A stretch of 63,977 bases of DNA, the filler included, from Octopus bimaculoides (Eukaryota): the NCBI RefSeq assembly GCF_001194135.2. It is 6 parts of 6 records of this genome, joined end to end, with 100 filler letters (N's around TTAATTAATTAA, not from the genome) between each part and the next. Parts side by side here need not be neighbours in the genome. Positions count along the whole stretch, not along the records: positions 29,236 to 45,185 come from NC_069000.1; positions 45,286 to 58,509 come from NC_068990.1; 4 more parts are not named here. The stretch is one strand, 5' to 3'. A model generated the notes under the pieces. The model made no database searches. It was not told the origin of the DNA and worked only from the letters and a program-made list of their open reading frames with translations. Both the position numbers and the translations under genes were made by a program. Shown here piece after piece: positions 39,106 through 52,468 of the stretch (the first letter of the stretch is position 1; every line of letters begins with the position of its first letter).

Positions 39106-39115
39106 CATAATATAT

Positions 39116-39232
39116 ACAAGACAGCAAACATTAAGGCAAGGCAAACATCTCAAGACATATACATTTTGAATTTCTTAATACTCTTGTATATGACTTGAGA
39201 TGTTTGCCTTACCTTAATGTTTGCTGTCCTGT
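39116..39232. repeat. Hairpin: 48-bp arms, 21-nt loop
   Basis: 39116-39163 versus 39185-39232 shows 3 mismatches. Confidence 0.95.
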
Positions 39233-40253
39233 TTAACAATTACATATCCGCTGCATCGAAAATCTGCAATGGTTCCATAACTATCGTCTCGGCTATAACC
39301 TTGGAACCCCAGTAATCCGTTACACCAGTTACCTAGCGTACCTAATCGTTTAGATCACCAGTGAACAAAATCCCCATAATTTGATGGGAGTGGACAAACA
39401 TAGGATAAAAACTAACAAACTTTAAACCTCTGTAACTTATTTTTAAAAGAAAATTCTGAAACAAGTGAATTAGACCCTTGTGATTCAATGTGGAAAATTA
39501 CATCAATACAACAAATTTGAAAATTTTCGCTTGATTTTAAAATTTCAAAAGTTGCAGCCAAATAGGAAACAACTCACTTGCCCAAGGTGCCGTACAAGCC
39601 ATGTGGCCGTTTACTTTTGCTGCTGTTGCTGCTGCTGTTGTTGTTGTTGATGATGATGGTGATGGTGGTGATGATGATGAGGATGATGATGACGATGATG
39701 TAAGAGCAATATACAAAACTTTTATCGTATTTTGATTTTGGTTTTTCCGTTTCACATATATTTCAAAACGAAAAAAAAAATCGTTGTAATAGGAAACAGC
39801 AATCACACTCATAAACACACACACACACACACACACACATACATACATACACACACACACACTCGCGCACGCACACATTCATGCACATGCACACATACAC
39901 ATGCATGCACACACATACACGCAAACATTCACCCACATGCACACACACACACACACACACATGCACATACATGCACACAAACACACATGCATACAAAAAC
40001 ACACACACGTGCTCGCATGCACACACTCACATGTACATACACACACATTCACACACACACACGTATGTAGGTGTGGAGATTGATTGTTTTTCTTCGTATA
40101 TACATTCAAACGACCTTGTTTATATTATATACACAGCCGCGTTTATGGCTTTCCATACGAACGCAAGGAATGACTTCAATGGAAACTCATAAAGGGGAAT
40201 ATAAAACACTTATCGCATTAGAAGACACACCTAAATATAAATAAATACAAACG

Positions 40254-40506
40254 GGCGCGAGTGTGGCTGTGTGGTTAAGAAGCTCGCCTTGCAACCAAGT
40301 GATTTCCGGTTCAGTTCCACCGCGTGGCAACTTGTGCAAATGGCTTCTGTTATAAGCCCAGAGAAGACCAATGCTTTGTGAGTGAATTTGGCAGATGAAA
40401 ACTGCATGGAAGTTCGTTGTAGAGAGAGAGTGAGAGTGTTTGTGTGTTTGTCCCTCCCCACTATTTCACAACTGGCGTTCGTTTTGTTTACGTCCCTGTG
40501 ACCTAG
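40254..40506 (+). mobile_element. SINE family B, 5' two-thirds
   Basis: GGCGCGAGTGTGGCTGTGTGGTTAAGAAGCTCGC...GGTTCAGTTCCACCGCGTGGCAAC. Confidence 0.85.
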
Positions 40507-41534
40507 GAATAATAACTGTTAATGCACAAGATGAGTAATTTCGAGAAGATGGAGATGGTGGTTAGTCGATAACCCCAGAGGGATAAACGACAAAGTTAAC
40601 CTCGGCGGGACTGGAACTACTACTGCTACTACTACTACTACTTACTATAGCGCACTACACACTCCACTAAGCACAACGGCTTAGTGGAGTTGTTAGGGCG
40701 AGTGTGATAGTCATAACGTTCCCGGAAGTATAAAGCGATGTCTGAAGCGTCTTCTTCAAATGAGAATCAAAACGAGGTCTCCGTATCGTCTGTTTTCTTC
40801 AAAACAAAACAAAACAAAAATAAAAATAAATAGAAATCCTTTATTCTTTTGCGTGAAGGAAGTTTACCGTGAGAAAAACAAAAATGTCAGTGGAGTTTTA
40901 AAAAATGTTGATGTGAAGAAGATTTACAGATCATAGAGGGAATGACAGAAACGATTGAGCATCACAGTGTAACTGCCCCGCACCGCGCTGTTTAGTTCTC
41001 TTCCTTTTACGTTCTGATTATGAATTCAGATCTCAGCTGGGTTCGACTCGGCTTTTAGGCAGCAGAACCACCAACATAAGAATATACCTTCNNNNNNNNN
41101 NNNNNNNNNNNNNNNNNNNNNNNNNNNNNNNNNNNNNNNNNNNNNNNNNNNNNNNNNNNNNNNNNNNNNNNNNNNNNNNNNNNNNNNNNNNNNNNNNNNN
41201 NNNNNNNNNNNNNNNNNNNNNNNNNNNNNNNNNNNNNNNNNNNNNNNNNNNNNNNNNNNNNNNNNNNNNNNNNNNNNNNNNNNNNNNNNNNNNNNNNNNN
41301 NNNNNNNNNNNNNNNNNNNNNNNNNNNNNNNNNNNNNNNNNNNNNNNNNNNNNNNNNNNNNNNNNNNNNNNNNNNNNNNNNNNNNNNNNNNNNNNNNNNN
41401 NNNNNNNNNNNNNNNNNNNNNNNNNNNNNNNNNNNNNNNNNNNNNNNNNNNNNNNNNNNNNNNNNNNNNNNNNNNNNNNNNNNNNNNNNNNNNNNNNNNN
41501 NNNNNNNNNNNNNNNNNNNNNNNNNNNNNNNNNN

Positions 41535-41569
<35 letters not shown>

Positions 41570-41999
41570 TTTTATGTGTATGACAGAGAAAGAAAAAAAG
41601 AAAGAAAGAAAGAGACAGGGAGAATTTGAGTATGCATCTATGCAACTAACTATGCGTGTATGTTTATACATAGATGTGTATGTGCGTACATCTCTGCCCT
41701 TGTTCCTTGGCAAGATATCCCCAAACGCACGTGTGGTCTTTTGACAAGAGTAGGACGTTGTCTTCACTGAACGCTGTTCGTACCCTTTGCTAATTGGTTT
41801 GGAGTGTTCAGGATTAAAGGTGGCGCGACTGCGAGTCGAGGATAGGGTCAAAGGTGAAAGTTAGAGGCAAAACTTAGATATACGTCTTTTGGTTAGAACC
41901 TAGCTTTTAGCATCAATAAAATGTTCGGCGGCAAAGTCATGAAACGAATAAAACTTTTAAATTAAATAATATATCTTTTATCTTTTTTTTTTTTATCTT

Positions 42000-42200
42000 T
42001 TAATTGTTTCAGTCATTAGACAGCGGCCATCCTGGGGCACCGCCTTGAAGAATTTTAGTCGAATGAATCGACCCTAGTACTTTATTTTGTAACGCCTGTT
42101 ATTTATTCGATCTGTCTCTTTTACCGAACAGTTAAGTCACGGGGACGTAAAAAAATACCAACACCGGTTGTGAAGCGGTGTTGGGGATAAAAACACAGAA
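42000..42200 (-). mobile_element. SINE family B, 3' half
   Basis: TTGTTTCAGTCATT...GGGCACCGCC...TAAGTCACGGGGACGTAAA. Confidence 0.85.
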
Positions 42201-42263
42201 AGACACACACACACATATACAAAAAACACGCACACACGCGCTCGTACGCACATACATACATAG

Positions 42264-42319
<56 letters not shown>

Positions 42320-42366
42320 AATAAAACATATATATAGGTATATATACATACATATATGTACATACT

Positions 42367-42405
<39 letters not shown>

Positions 42406-42452
42406 AATAAAAAATATATATAGGTATATATACATACATATATGTACATACT

Positions 42453-42488
<36 letters not shown>

Positions 42489-42629
42489 CCAATATACATA
42501 CATACTGACATATATATGTCTATATATATGCATATATGGGTACAGGACGTCACAAAACGTAAACATCATGAAATACGAAAACATGAAATCCGAAATACGA
42601 AAACAAACTTTGTTTTGCGAACAGCGAGA

Positions 42630-42730
42630 GAAAGGCAAAGGCGACTTTGGTTCAATTTGAACGTAAAGGACGAAATGCCGCCTAACATTTTGCCCGACGT
42701 GCTAACGATTCCACCAGCCCACCGCCTAAA
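42630..42730 (-). mobile_element. SINE family A, 5' fragment
   Basis: AAGGCAAAGGCGAC...GAACGTAA...CGTGCTAACGATTCCACCAGC. Confidence 0.8.
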
Positions 42731-43194
42731 TACTAGTAGATATCAAAACAAAATATCTATTTAGAATCACTCAAGGCATTAATTAATGTTTTGTATGTTT
42801 AATATTCATCAGCGTAAAGGAAGGGGAAATTGTACACACATGTCAGCCATTTATCTTAGTTTAGGCCGCGGTACATTTTGCAGGAACATAAAGAATAAAG
42901 TATTGTTTTTCTTCAGACTGACGGAAGGAAATTGGCCGAAAAATTAACTAAGTGAATTGTACTTAGTATTGTTCGTTATCGTTAGGTTAATCCGACGCTA
43001 TTTCGTGTGCGTATATTAATCTAACACTGCTTCAAGAGCCTATTTTAATTTCATTTTATTTAGCCTGCTTAGCTTTCGAACAAATCACTGGATGTTTTGT
43101 TTGCCGATTTCTGTACGAGAACGAATATTTTTCGATGTCGCATGATCAAGTGCATATTTTTGAAATACTCGTAAATTCATGCTTTAAGGAGTAT

Positions 43195-43252
43195 CGTACT
43201 GATGAGACGGTAAATAAAATTATTTTTACTTTGAGTTCGAAACGCGTCTGTG
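43195..43252 (+). ncRNA. Type-I hammerhead ribozyme motif with intact core and GUC triplet
   Basis: CGTA-CTGATGA-GAC..GGTAAA/TTTACT..GTTC-GAAA-CGCG-TC-TGTG; palindromic ACGCGT helix III; helix I has two G.U pairs. Confidence 0.7.
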
Positions 43253-43512
43253 CCTACAAAATTTCGTGCCTTGTGCTTTTTATAGGAGGGAGTGTTATTT
43301 ATTTTCACATGCCCAAGAGATATCTCTTTTTAAATTTATATATTTATAAGATAAAGGTTTGTTTATTATTTTCTTTATAAGATAAAAAACGAAAGTAATA
43401 TTATGAAACAAACGCTGAAGAAAAGACCAAAAGGGAAACGTTAACCACAAAATGCACAAACCTCTCTCTCTCTCTCTGTTTCTCTCTCTCTCTCTTTCTC
43501 TCTCTCTCTTTC

Positions 43513-43543
<31 letters not shown>

Positions 43544-44100
43544 GAACATTTTAATTAAGATACAAAAACAGACACTGTTAAATGTAATGGAAATTGTATG
43601 TAACGAATATCTTGAGATGAAGATATACAATCGTTTACACAGGAAATGAGATTCGCAAAAAGGCTGTATTTTGTTGCTAAATTTACCTCTCAACATGTGT
43701 TCATGCAGGTACGAAGAGAATAAAATATGCTCGTCCCGCGCTTGTCATTGCAGAGTTTTTATTTATTTCATTTTGAGCTATTTATTCTGTTTGATGGCTG
43801 CGAGAAGAAAGGAAATATACAGCAAGTCTCCTCATTCTCGTCTCTTTGCAGCCATACATACAGAAATTAAGAAAGTCGCTCGCATTGTTTCCGTTACCAA
43901 ATCAGTTTTTCCTTTCATGTGTTACAATTTTACTCTCTTTTCAATCTGATACTAAATTAGGAGATTGCAGAAATAAATAAATAAGGAAATAATGAAACAA
44001 CTTTATCGCTGCTTATCGAATTTTTTACTTGAACTCTTAGAATGTAATCTCCAGCTTATGGATAAGGTATTTACACGGCTTTAAAACAATACACGCGCGC

Positions 44101-44136
<36 letters not shown>

Positions 44137-45587
44137 TTCATTTTTATGCGCCCTTTTCAAGCCTGGCCAAGCTATTGGGCCCGGTTTCCCGGTTTCTATG
44201 GCGTATGTGTTCCCCCCAGTTGGACGGGACGCCAATCCATCGCAGCGTTACTCGAGACACAAGAAGAAAGAGCGAGAGAAAGTTGGGGCGAAAGAGTNNN
44301 NNNNNNNNNNNNNNNNNNNNNNNNNNNNNNNNNNNNNNNNNNNNNNNNNNNNNNNNNNNNNNNNNNNNNNNNNNNNNNGCCATTGCGCCTCCACACACAC
44401 ACACCATATATATACATGCGCATAAACACACACATGCACATACGCACATACCGTGATACAGTCCCGAAAGGAAGTTATACTACTTCGTTATCCTGGAACA
44501 AAGAATTCAGTTGATATTCCCCTTGAAAGGTCAAGTGCCTTACGAAAACTTCAATTAACCTCTCAAGTGTTGTTGGGGGTAATTTTTGCCCTTAAGTACT
44601 TCAATAATATGAGATATTAGGTTCTTTTTTTTATTGAATTGCCTGCTTAATTAGGGTTCTAACTGAATGAACGCCACTAAATGGTAGCAACAACAGTAAT
44701 AATAGGCAGGTATGAGCGATCGCTATTAGAAATAGTAGTCAAGTTCCTCTTAAAGTATGCCCTTTTTTCTGTAGAAATGAAGATTATACATTCGTTTTAA
44801 TTTGTAGATATTTATTACGAAGAATTTTTGAATACATTTAAGAGTTGTCTGTTATTTGGAAATAATACGTGTGTCTGTATGTATTAATATATATATAGGT
44901 ATGCATGTATGCATATTTTTGTATGTGTGTATATGAATGTGTGGTGGTGGTGGTGGTGGTGGTAGAAGTTGATAGTTTTTGAGGTGATATGATGATAGTG
45001 GGTGGTCATACTTGTGATTACAGTGATGGTTGTGGCGGCGGTGGCAGCGGCGGTGGCAGCGGCGTCGGTGGTAGAAGCGATGGTGGTGACAGCGGTGTTG
45101 CTGTAATCACGTCATGAAACAATTATATTGGAGAATCCGGACGAAGATAATAAGTTTTCTCTTGACGCAGTGAAGCGATGTGCGTNNNNNNNNNNNNNNN
45201 NNNNNNNNNNNNNNNNNNNNNNNNNNNNNTTAATTAATTAANNNNNNNNNNNNNNNNNNNNNNNNNNNNNNNNNNNNNNNNNNNNGACCAAGGCTACCGT
45301 GGTCTTTTCCGTAGGCTTTTCTTTCCACGGCTAAACCTAAACTGTCCTCCCCTCTTTTTACACGAGAACATTACTGTGTGATACACGATCCCTATTGATC
45401 GCTTTTTTTTTTCTCGATCCCTTTTGATCGAACTCTCCCCTTTTTCCTTCCTACGATCCCTTTTGATCGACACACCCCTATTTTTTTTTTGTTTTTTTTT
45501 CCTTCCCCCTCCCAAAAAGAAAAGCTCTACATTGTATCTGTCCCATCTTTGTTGAGCTCTGTGTGGCTAATAAAATAAATGTATCTA

Positions 45588-45662
<75 letters not shown>

Positions 45663-45884
45663 GTCTGTCTATCTATCTATTCATCTATCGATATATGTAT
45701 ACATATACAGAAACATCTTCCCCCCTCTCTCTGTTTTTCCTTACACCCCCAACTCCACCGACATACATTTATACCATTTAATGAACACTGTATATATACT
45801 TTTATGCGTTACAAATACTTTCGTGCGATGAATACGACTCAGAACGCATTTCATAACACGTCTTGTGACTCACGCTGTTTTCAG

Positions 45885-45931
45885 GTTATGCTCCCATGGC
45901 ATAACAGGGTTTGCCTGAGGATTGCGTGGAG
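45885..45931 (+). CDS. Candidate exon (VMLPWHNRVCLRIAW)
   Basis: cgctgttttcag|...GAG|gtacca; phase 0 to 2. Confidence 0.17.
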
Positions 45932-46049
45932 GTACCAAACATGTTATAAAATGGTGTCTGAGTCGTTTTCATCACTCGAAACTATAAGTACCTCATAAGA
46001 ACATATACTTTATTTATTAAACAATATTTATCTCTCACCAGATGAAGTA

Positions 46050-46111
<62 letters not shown>

Positions 46112-46600
46112 GTTGCTCACACGTGACCATCGTCCATCCTTTTTCCCTCACCTGACCATTTTTCTTTTTGTACACAACGTTCTAACAACAGGACGTCTTC
46201 TATCTCACTGTCTTCTGTTTTTTCTCTTTTCAAAGAAAATATTTCCTCCAGCGTTCACTATTTTCCACCTCCTTCAGCTCTAACGACGCTCCATGATTGT
46301 TTTCGTTTGGTTTCCTTGTATGTCTTAACTATCCTGTTTCTGTTCCCAACTTTGACCCTCCATAAAATCCAAAATATATTTTGGAAGTTATGGGCGCTAC
46401 TCTCTTCAAAGACTCTTATATGTGGTTGAATGCTCGAAATGCGGAGTTGATAGACAGCCGACAACTGATGAAGGGTCGTTCTTTGTGTTACTTGTCCTGT
46501 TTTCAATTTTTTCTTTCGTTGTTTACGTATTTAACTCGCTTGTTTTCGTACCTCATGTTGTTTACACTTAATGACGTCCTGTACCCATATATGCATACAA

Positions 46601-46657
<57 letters not shown>

Positions 46658-46667
46658 NNNNNNNNNN

Positions 46668-46733
<66 letters not shown>

Positions 46734-46902
46734 TTGTTCCCAGTAGTCTTTCAAACACGTGAGAGGCCTTTCCAAACCATCGATGTAGATCTTGATTTAG
46801 ATCTAAGAATCCAAGTGAAATGAGAAGAATACTTTCGTCTTGTTAGACACCTTAGTGATGCTGGAACAGTGTTTTCCTCGGTTGTGTTGTTATTGATTTC
46901 AG

Positions 46903-46938
46903 CCATGATCGCGTTAGTGAAATTCCACGCGGTATAAG
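46903..46938 (+). CDS. Candidate exon (HDRVSEIPRGI)
   Basis: ttattgatttcag|...AAG|gtataa; phase 2 to 2. Confidence 0.2.
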
Positions 46939-47011
46939 GTATAATTTTATTTAAATGCAGTCTGGACTGCGCTACCTTGGTAAATAAAATGTGTTTCTCT
47001 TATAATTTCAG

Positions 47012-47087
47012 AAATAAACCAGCTACCAATTCAAGCTGCTAGAGTCGGCACAAATGGAGGAGAAAACATTCAAAAAGAAATTTTAAG
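47012..47087 (+). CDS. Candidate exon (INQLPIQAARVGTNGGENIQKEIL, or terminal NKPATNSSC*)
   Basis: ctcttataatttcag|...AAG|gtatca; frame ambiguous; no homology recognised. Confidence 0.25.
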
Positions 47088-47165
47088 GTATCATCCATAT
47101 ATATGTATGTATGTAATTATATATACTTACCTATCTACATATCCATATCTATACATATATATATG

Positions 47166-47228
<63 letters not shown>

Positions 47229-47238
47229 NNNNNNNNNN

Positions 47239-47274
<36 letters not shown>

Positions 47275-47366
47275 TATATCTATCTATCTATCTATCTATC
47301 ATCTATCTATCTATCTATCTATCTATATATGTGCATATATCTATCTATCTGCGTGCACACACGCTC

Positions 47367-47407
<41 letters not shown>

Positions 47408-47842
47408 AAATTCTGTCATCGTTGAGGCATTACGACGACAATGACCACCATCACCTCCAATACTACCAGCCCAACCACAACTACTTCTGCCACCGCCTTC
47501 CTCACTCCACGTCCTCTGGTAAATACCAACACAAACTCTCTCCTGATGTGCCCACCACTACCAACACCAACACCANNNNNNNNNNCCACCACCACCACCA
47601 CCACCACCACCACCACCACAACAACAACAACAACAACAACAACAATAACAACAACAACACTAGTTTAATGATTACAATGTAAATTTAGGTTTTCCAATCA
47701 ATTTCATTAAATATTTAGATTTAATGAACAGCGAAATGAAGCATGTTGCCACACCTCACTATTATTGTTTTTGTTGCTATTGTATTAGTAACTCTATTAA
47801 TTGATGGCTTCCTTGTTGCTGCTGTTAAAGCTGTAGTTTGCT

Positions 47843-47947
<105 letters not shown>

Positions 47948-48239
47948 AAACTGGTGCATTTTAAGCAGAGTTTATTAGTAAACGCACGAAATCATGAAAA
48001 TGGCGATGTTACATAACTTTATAAAAGGTTGCAATCGTTTCAACAATAATTGGAACCATTTCTTTCGCTTGCAGATTCTTTTGTACTGATACAAACAACG
48101 GAATTGAAACAATAATTAATCAATTAATTACTTCATGAGCTTTTAGTTGTTGTTCCTGTTGTTGTTATAGTAATAATGACTCTATTATTATTTCATGGTT
48201 TTCTTGTCGTTCTAGCCGTAGAATTGTATGTATTTCACT

Positions 48240-48730
48240 TGTTTCAATCATCAGACGGAGGCAACACTGCAGCACCGCTTTGAACGGTTTAGCCGAACAA
48301 ATCGACTTCAATCCTTATTTTTATAAGGTCTGATGCTTACGCTAGCGGTCTCGTTTGCCGAACAACTAGGTTACGGTAACGGTTGTGAAGTAGTGATGGG
48401 AAACTAGCACAATGCAAAGACACGCATACAGACCCTATATATAGANNNNNNNNNNATATATATATACTGCAGTCTATTCATTTCACTAAAACTTCTCGAA
48501 GGCGGTGCTCCAGCATGGCCTCAGTCAAATGACTGAAACAAGCGATGAATATCAAATATATATATGTATATATACTTATTCATTCTTTTATTCGTTTCAG
48601 TCATTTGACTGAAGCACCACCTTTAGTCGAAGAAATCGACCACATGACTTATTCTATCGGGATCTTTTGCCGAATCACTAAGTTACGGGGACCTAAACAC
48701 ACTGAAATCGGTTGAAAAGATTTGCTGTGT
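48240..48730. mobile_element. Cluster of SINE family B 3'-half fragments in both orientations
   Basis: GGCGGTGCTCCAGCATGGCC..GACTGAAACA on plus; TAAGTTACGGGGAC and TTTGCCGAAC on minus. Confidence 0.8.
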
Positions 48731-48742
48731 GTGTGGTGGGGG

Positions 48743-48778
<36 letters not shown>

Positions 48779-48779
48779 C

Positions 48780-48811
<32 letters not shown>

Positions 48812-48868
48812 AAGCCACACACACACACACACACAGAGCCACACACACACACACGCANNNNNNNNNNC

Positions 48869-48899
<31 letters not shown>

Positions 48900-48944
48900 T
48901 CCACTACTCATTCTCTTTTTCTCTCCTTGTTTCTTTCTGTGTTC

Positions 48945-48980
48945 CTATCTGTGGAAGAGCGTAGGCTCGAAACGTTAAAC
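48945..48980 (+). ncRNA. Degenerate hammerhead-like motif
   Basis: CTGTGGA-A-GAGC-GTAG-GCTC-GAAA-CG-TT; core A6 is lost and helix I does not pair. Confidence 0.45.
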
Positions 48981-49068
48981 AATTCTTTATTTCCTGAGCG
49001 TTATACTAATACATCTGTTTGTTGTCTACACCACCTGTCTTTTGTTTTTTTATTTTGTGAATTCCCTT

Positions 49069-49312
<244 letters not shown>

Positions 49313-50367
49313 TCGCCCTTAAAGGGTTAACACAAGTTACTTTTCTATAACAGCTATGAAAATATCAACCGAGAAAACTTGCAGATTGTTCTGCGTTAGT
49401 GTAAGACACAGATCGGTATTTGGCAGGAAAACAATTGGAATTTTGGGAAGAAAATATTTTCCATTCGTCTCTATGGTTTTCCCCAGTGCCAAGGCCTGGC
49501 AATGAAAGATCCCGGTCATTTTACCTTCCATTAATCAGGTGTAGCACACTACGGATGATATATCAGGCTGGCTCCCTTGCAGTTTTACCTCTCAACGTGT
49601 TCCAATATAAGCTGACCATTCAATTGCATCAACAGGCTTTAACAAAAGGGAGATCAAACACTTTTATGTCGCATTCTGCATTTCTCTGATCCATACATAT
49701 GCGCTACCCACCACCACCACAACCACCACCACAACTACCAGCACCACAACAATACACAAACAGATACATGCATTGGCACACAGACACAAACACATTCACA
49801 CACACACTGGTGTATAGATAGATACTTGCAACAGTATTTTCAATGGCGGTTATCTACACGCTCAAACACTTCTCTCTCAATCTTCAAATTAATTTTCGCT
49901 ACGTCTCTCTCTTCCTTCATCTTACTGCCGCTGTGAATATCGCTCCTTCTTCCTCCTCCTCCTCCTTCTCCTCCTCCTCCTCTCTCCCTCTTTTTCTACG
50001 TCCGTTCTTCCACACGTTTTCTTATATAGCTGCTATCTGCCTCTTGCATTTCATCTAACTATTTACCTATCTTTTATCTATCTTTCTACGTAGCTGGACG
50101 TACAATTGTACAATCTATCAACGTGTCTGCCTAACATTGTACTCAACACTCACACACCACACACACATATACACACACGTACGCACACACACACACAGAG
50201 CCACATATGTATGTAGGTATATGTGTATGAGAGTATATGTCTGTAGGTGAGCGTATAGAGCGTCTCACTGTGTGTCGGTGTAGAACTATATACACGCATG
50301 CATACGTAATTATACACTCTCATATATGAATATATGCTTGTATATATACATACACACACACACACAA

Positions 50368-50448
<81 letters not shown>

Positions 50449-51454
50449 ATATATATATATATATGTATGTATGTATGTATAAATATGTATGTATGTATGT
50501 ATAAATATGTGTGTTTGAGCGTATGTATGTAGAGATACACATCTTTACACACATATACATATATATCTATATTTAAAAAGACACACACACACACACATAT
50601 ATATATACATAGACACACGCACGGACACACACATACACACACACACGAACAGATATCTTTACACACTTCGCGCGCTCTCGTATTTCTGCTTCCTTATATA
50701 TTTACATAACGGTGTCCAACTTTTATATCTCTTCCTATGCTTCGTTAATACACAGAAGCGTCTCTATATTTTTCTCTCTTTATCACTCACTATCTGTGCT
50801 ATAAACCTCTTCAGGTTTTAACCCAACACCAACATATCTTCATCGTCTCCCCCTGCTCCAACTGTCCCCAACTCTTATGTTATTTCCATGAAACGACCAT
50901 CAAAGCTGCCCATATTAATGCAACGCGTTGAACATATTACTGGGACCAAATTTAATCTACCGACTTGGTTAATTCTGCATTTAAAGGGACAATAAACACA
51001 GGAGGTGATTGTGAGGTTCTGCTTCATCCTTTTTTCTAACATCATGTTAGGAAGAATAAACTAATCAGAGTGAGAGTTAGGTCAGGAGGACCTCTACTGA
51101 TGGCAGCCATTATTGTGATGTCTTTTAATATACCTGCGACATAGTCTTTTAGTCTTTAAGAAGCCAAACTTTACCGTTCTTTGCTGCTGCTGCTGTTGAA
51201 CCTCATTTCGCTTTTAATTATGATGAAAATAAAACAACAAAAACATATTCAAGCAATGCCGATCCTGTCTTTTATGTTTTTCAGCAATTCTATATCTCGG
51301 ATTGCGTAATCCAATATGGCGACTCGGAGCTGCAGCCCTGAGGCTGTTGCACGCTATTTCTCATTATTTTTCGCTTGCCCACTCTTCATAGATATTCCTT
51401 TTCGTTGTTTCTTTACGTTTGGTCTGTTCACCGTGAAATCTCTAACAATGTATT

Positions 51455-51648
51455 ATCATTTCATTTACATTTCGTATGTTTCAGCCGTGAGATTGCGGCC
51501 ATGTTGGGGCCACGCCTCGGAGAATTTTACTTGAATGAATCGACTGTTTTTAAAGCCTGGTACTTATTCTATCAGTACTTTTTGCCGAACCACAATGTTA
51601 CGCGGATGTTAACACACTAAAGCCAGTTGTTAAGCGGTTCGAGGAGAG

Positions 51649-51688
<40 letters not shown>

Positions 51689-51851
51689 GACGGGTTTCGT
51701 TCAGTTTCCGTCTCTACCAAATCCATTCACAAGGCTTTAGTTTATCCGAGCCTGTAGAAGAAGATACTTGTCACCGGTTCCACAGAGTGGGACTGAACTC
51801 GGAACCATGTAGTGATAAGCAACCTTCTTGCCACGCAGCTACGCCTCCGCC
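51455..51851 (-). mobile_element. SINE family B, full length
   Basis: Head, core, internal (CA)n and tail are all present. Confidence 0.9.
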
Positions 51852-52468
51852 TTACGTAAACACTACCTTAAGAGTTTACCAATGAAAACACTTCGTATTT
51901 AAATATATATTGCCTTGCAGAAATTTCTTTACGAAACTACATCCGCTGTTAAGAATTAGCTTTTCTAGATTATGAAGAAGGGGGACACAGAGAACAACAA
52001 CAGCAACGACAACGACATCATCATCATCAATAACAACAACAACAACAAACAACTTCAAATCGATGAAGTAACGTCTATGTGGTCGATAGTTTTGCTAGAA
52101 ACAGCAGCCGAATTACGAAAGGAAAACCCACTTTGGATAATGTAGTTTCAGGCATAGTATTTACGAAAAGAATATGGGGTGGTCATGTTTGGAATTCTTT
52201 GAGTCTTACAACGACTACGTCGGTGCTGAAGGTACCGCTGACAAGTAATAACAACAACAACAACCATCACACTGTCTACAAAGACAACAACAACAACAGC
52301 TACAGCAGCAACCGTAATTTCTAGAATGATGAAGCTGCCTGTTCCAAAATAATTTTACCTCCAGAATTTTTCACTTTTGAAGAAATTACCTAAAAATATA
52401 AACGTCTTTTTAATAATTAAACCTTTGACTTGTATTTCCTACCCCCTCCCACCACTACAAAAATAATA

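Noticed and set aside
42915-42955. TDGRKLAEKLT small-GTPase-like micro-exon
   Set aside because: No G1-G5 boxes in any nearby candidate exon.
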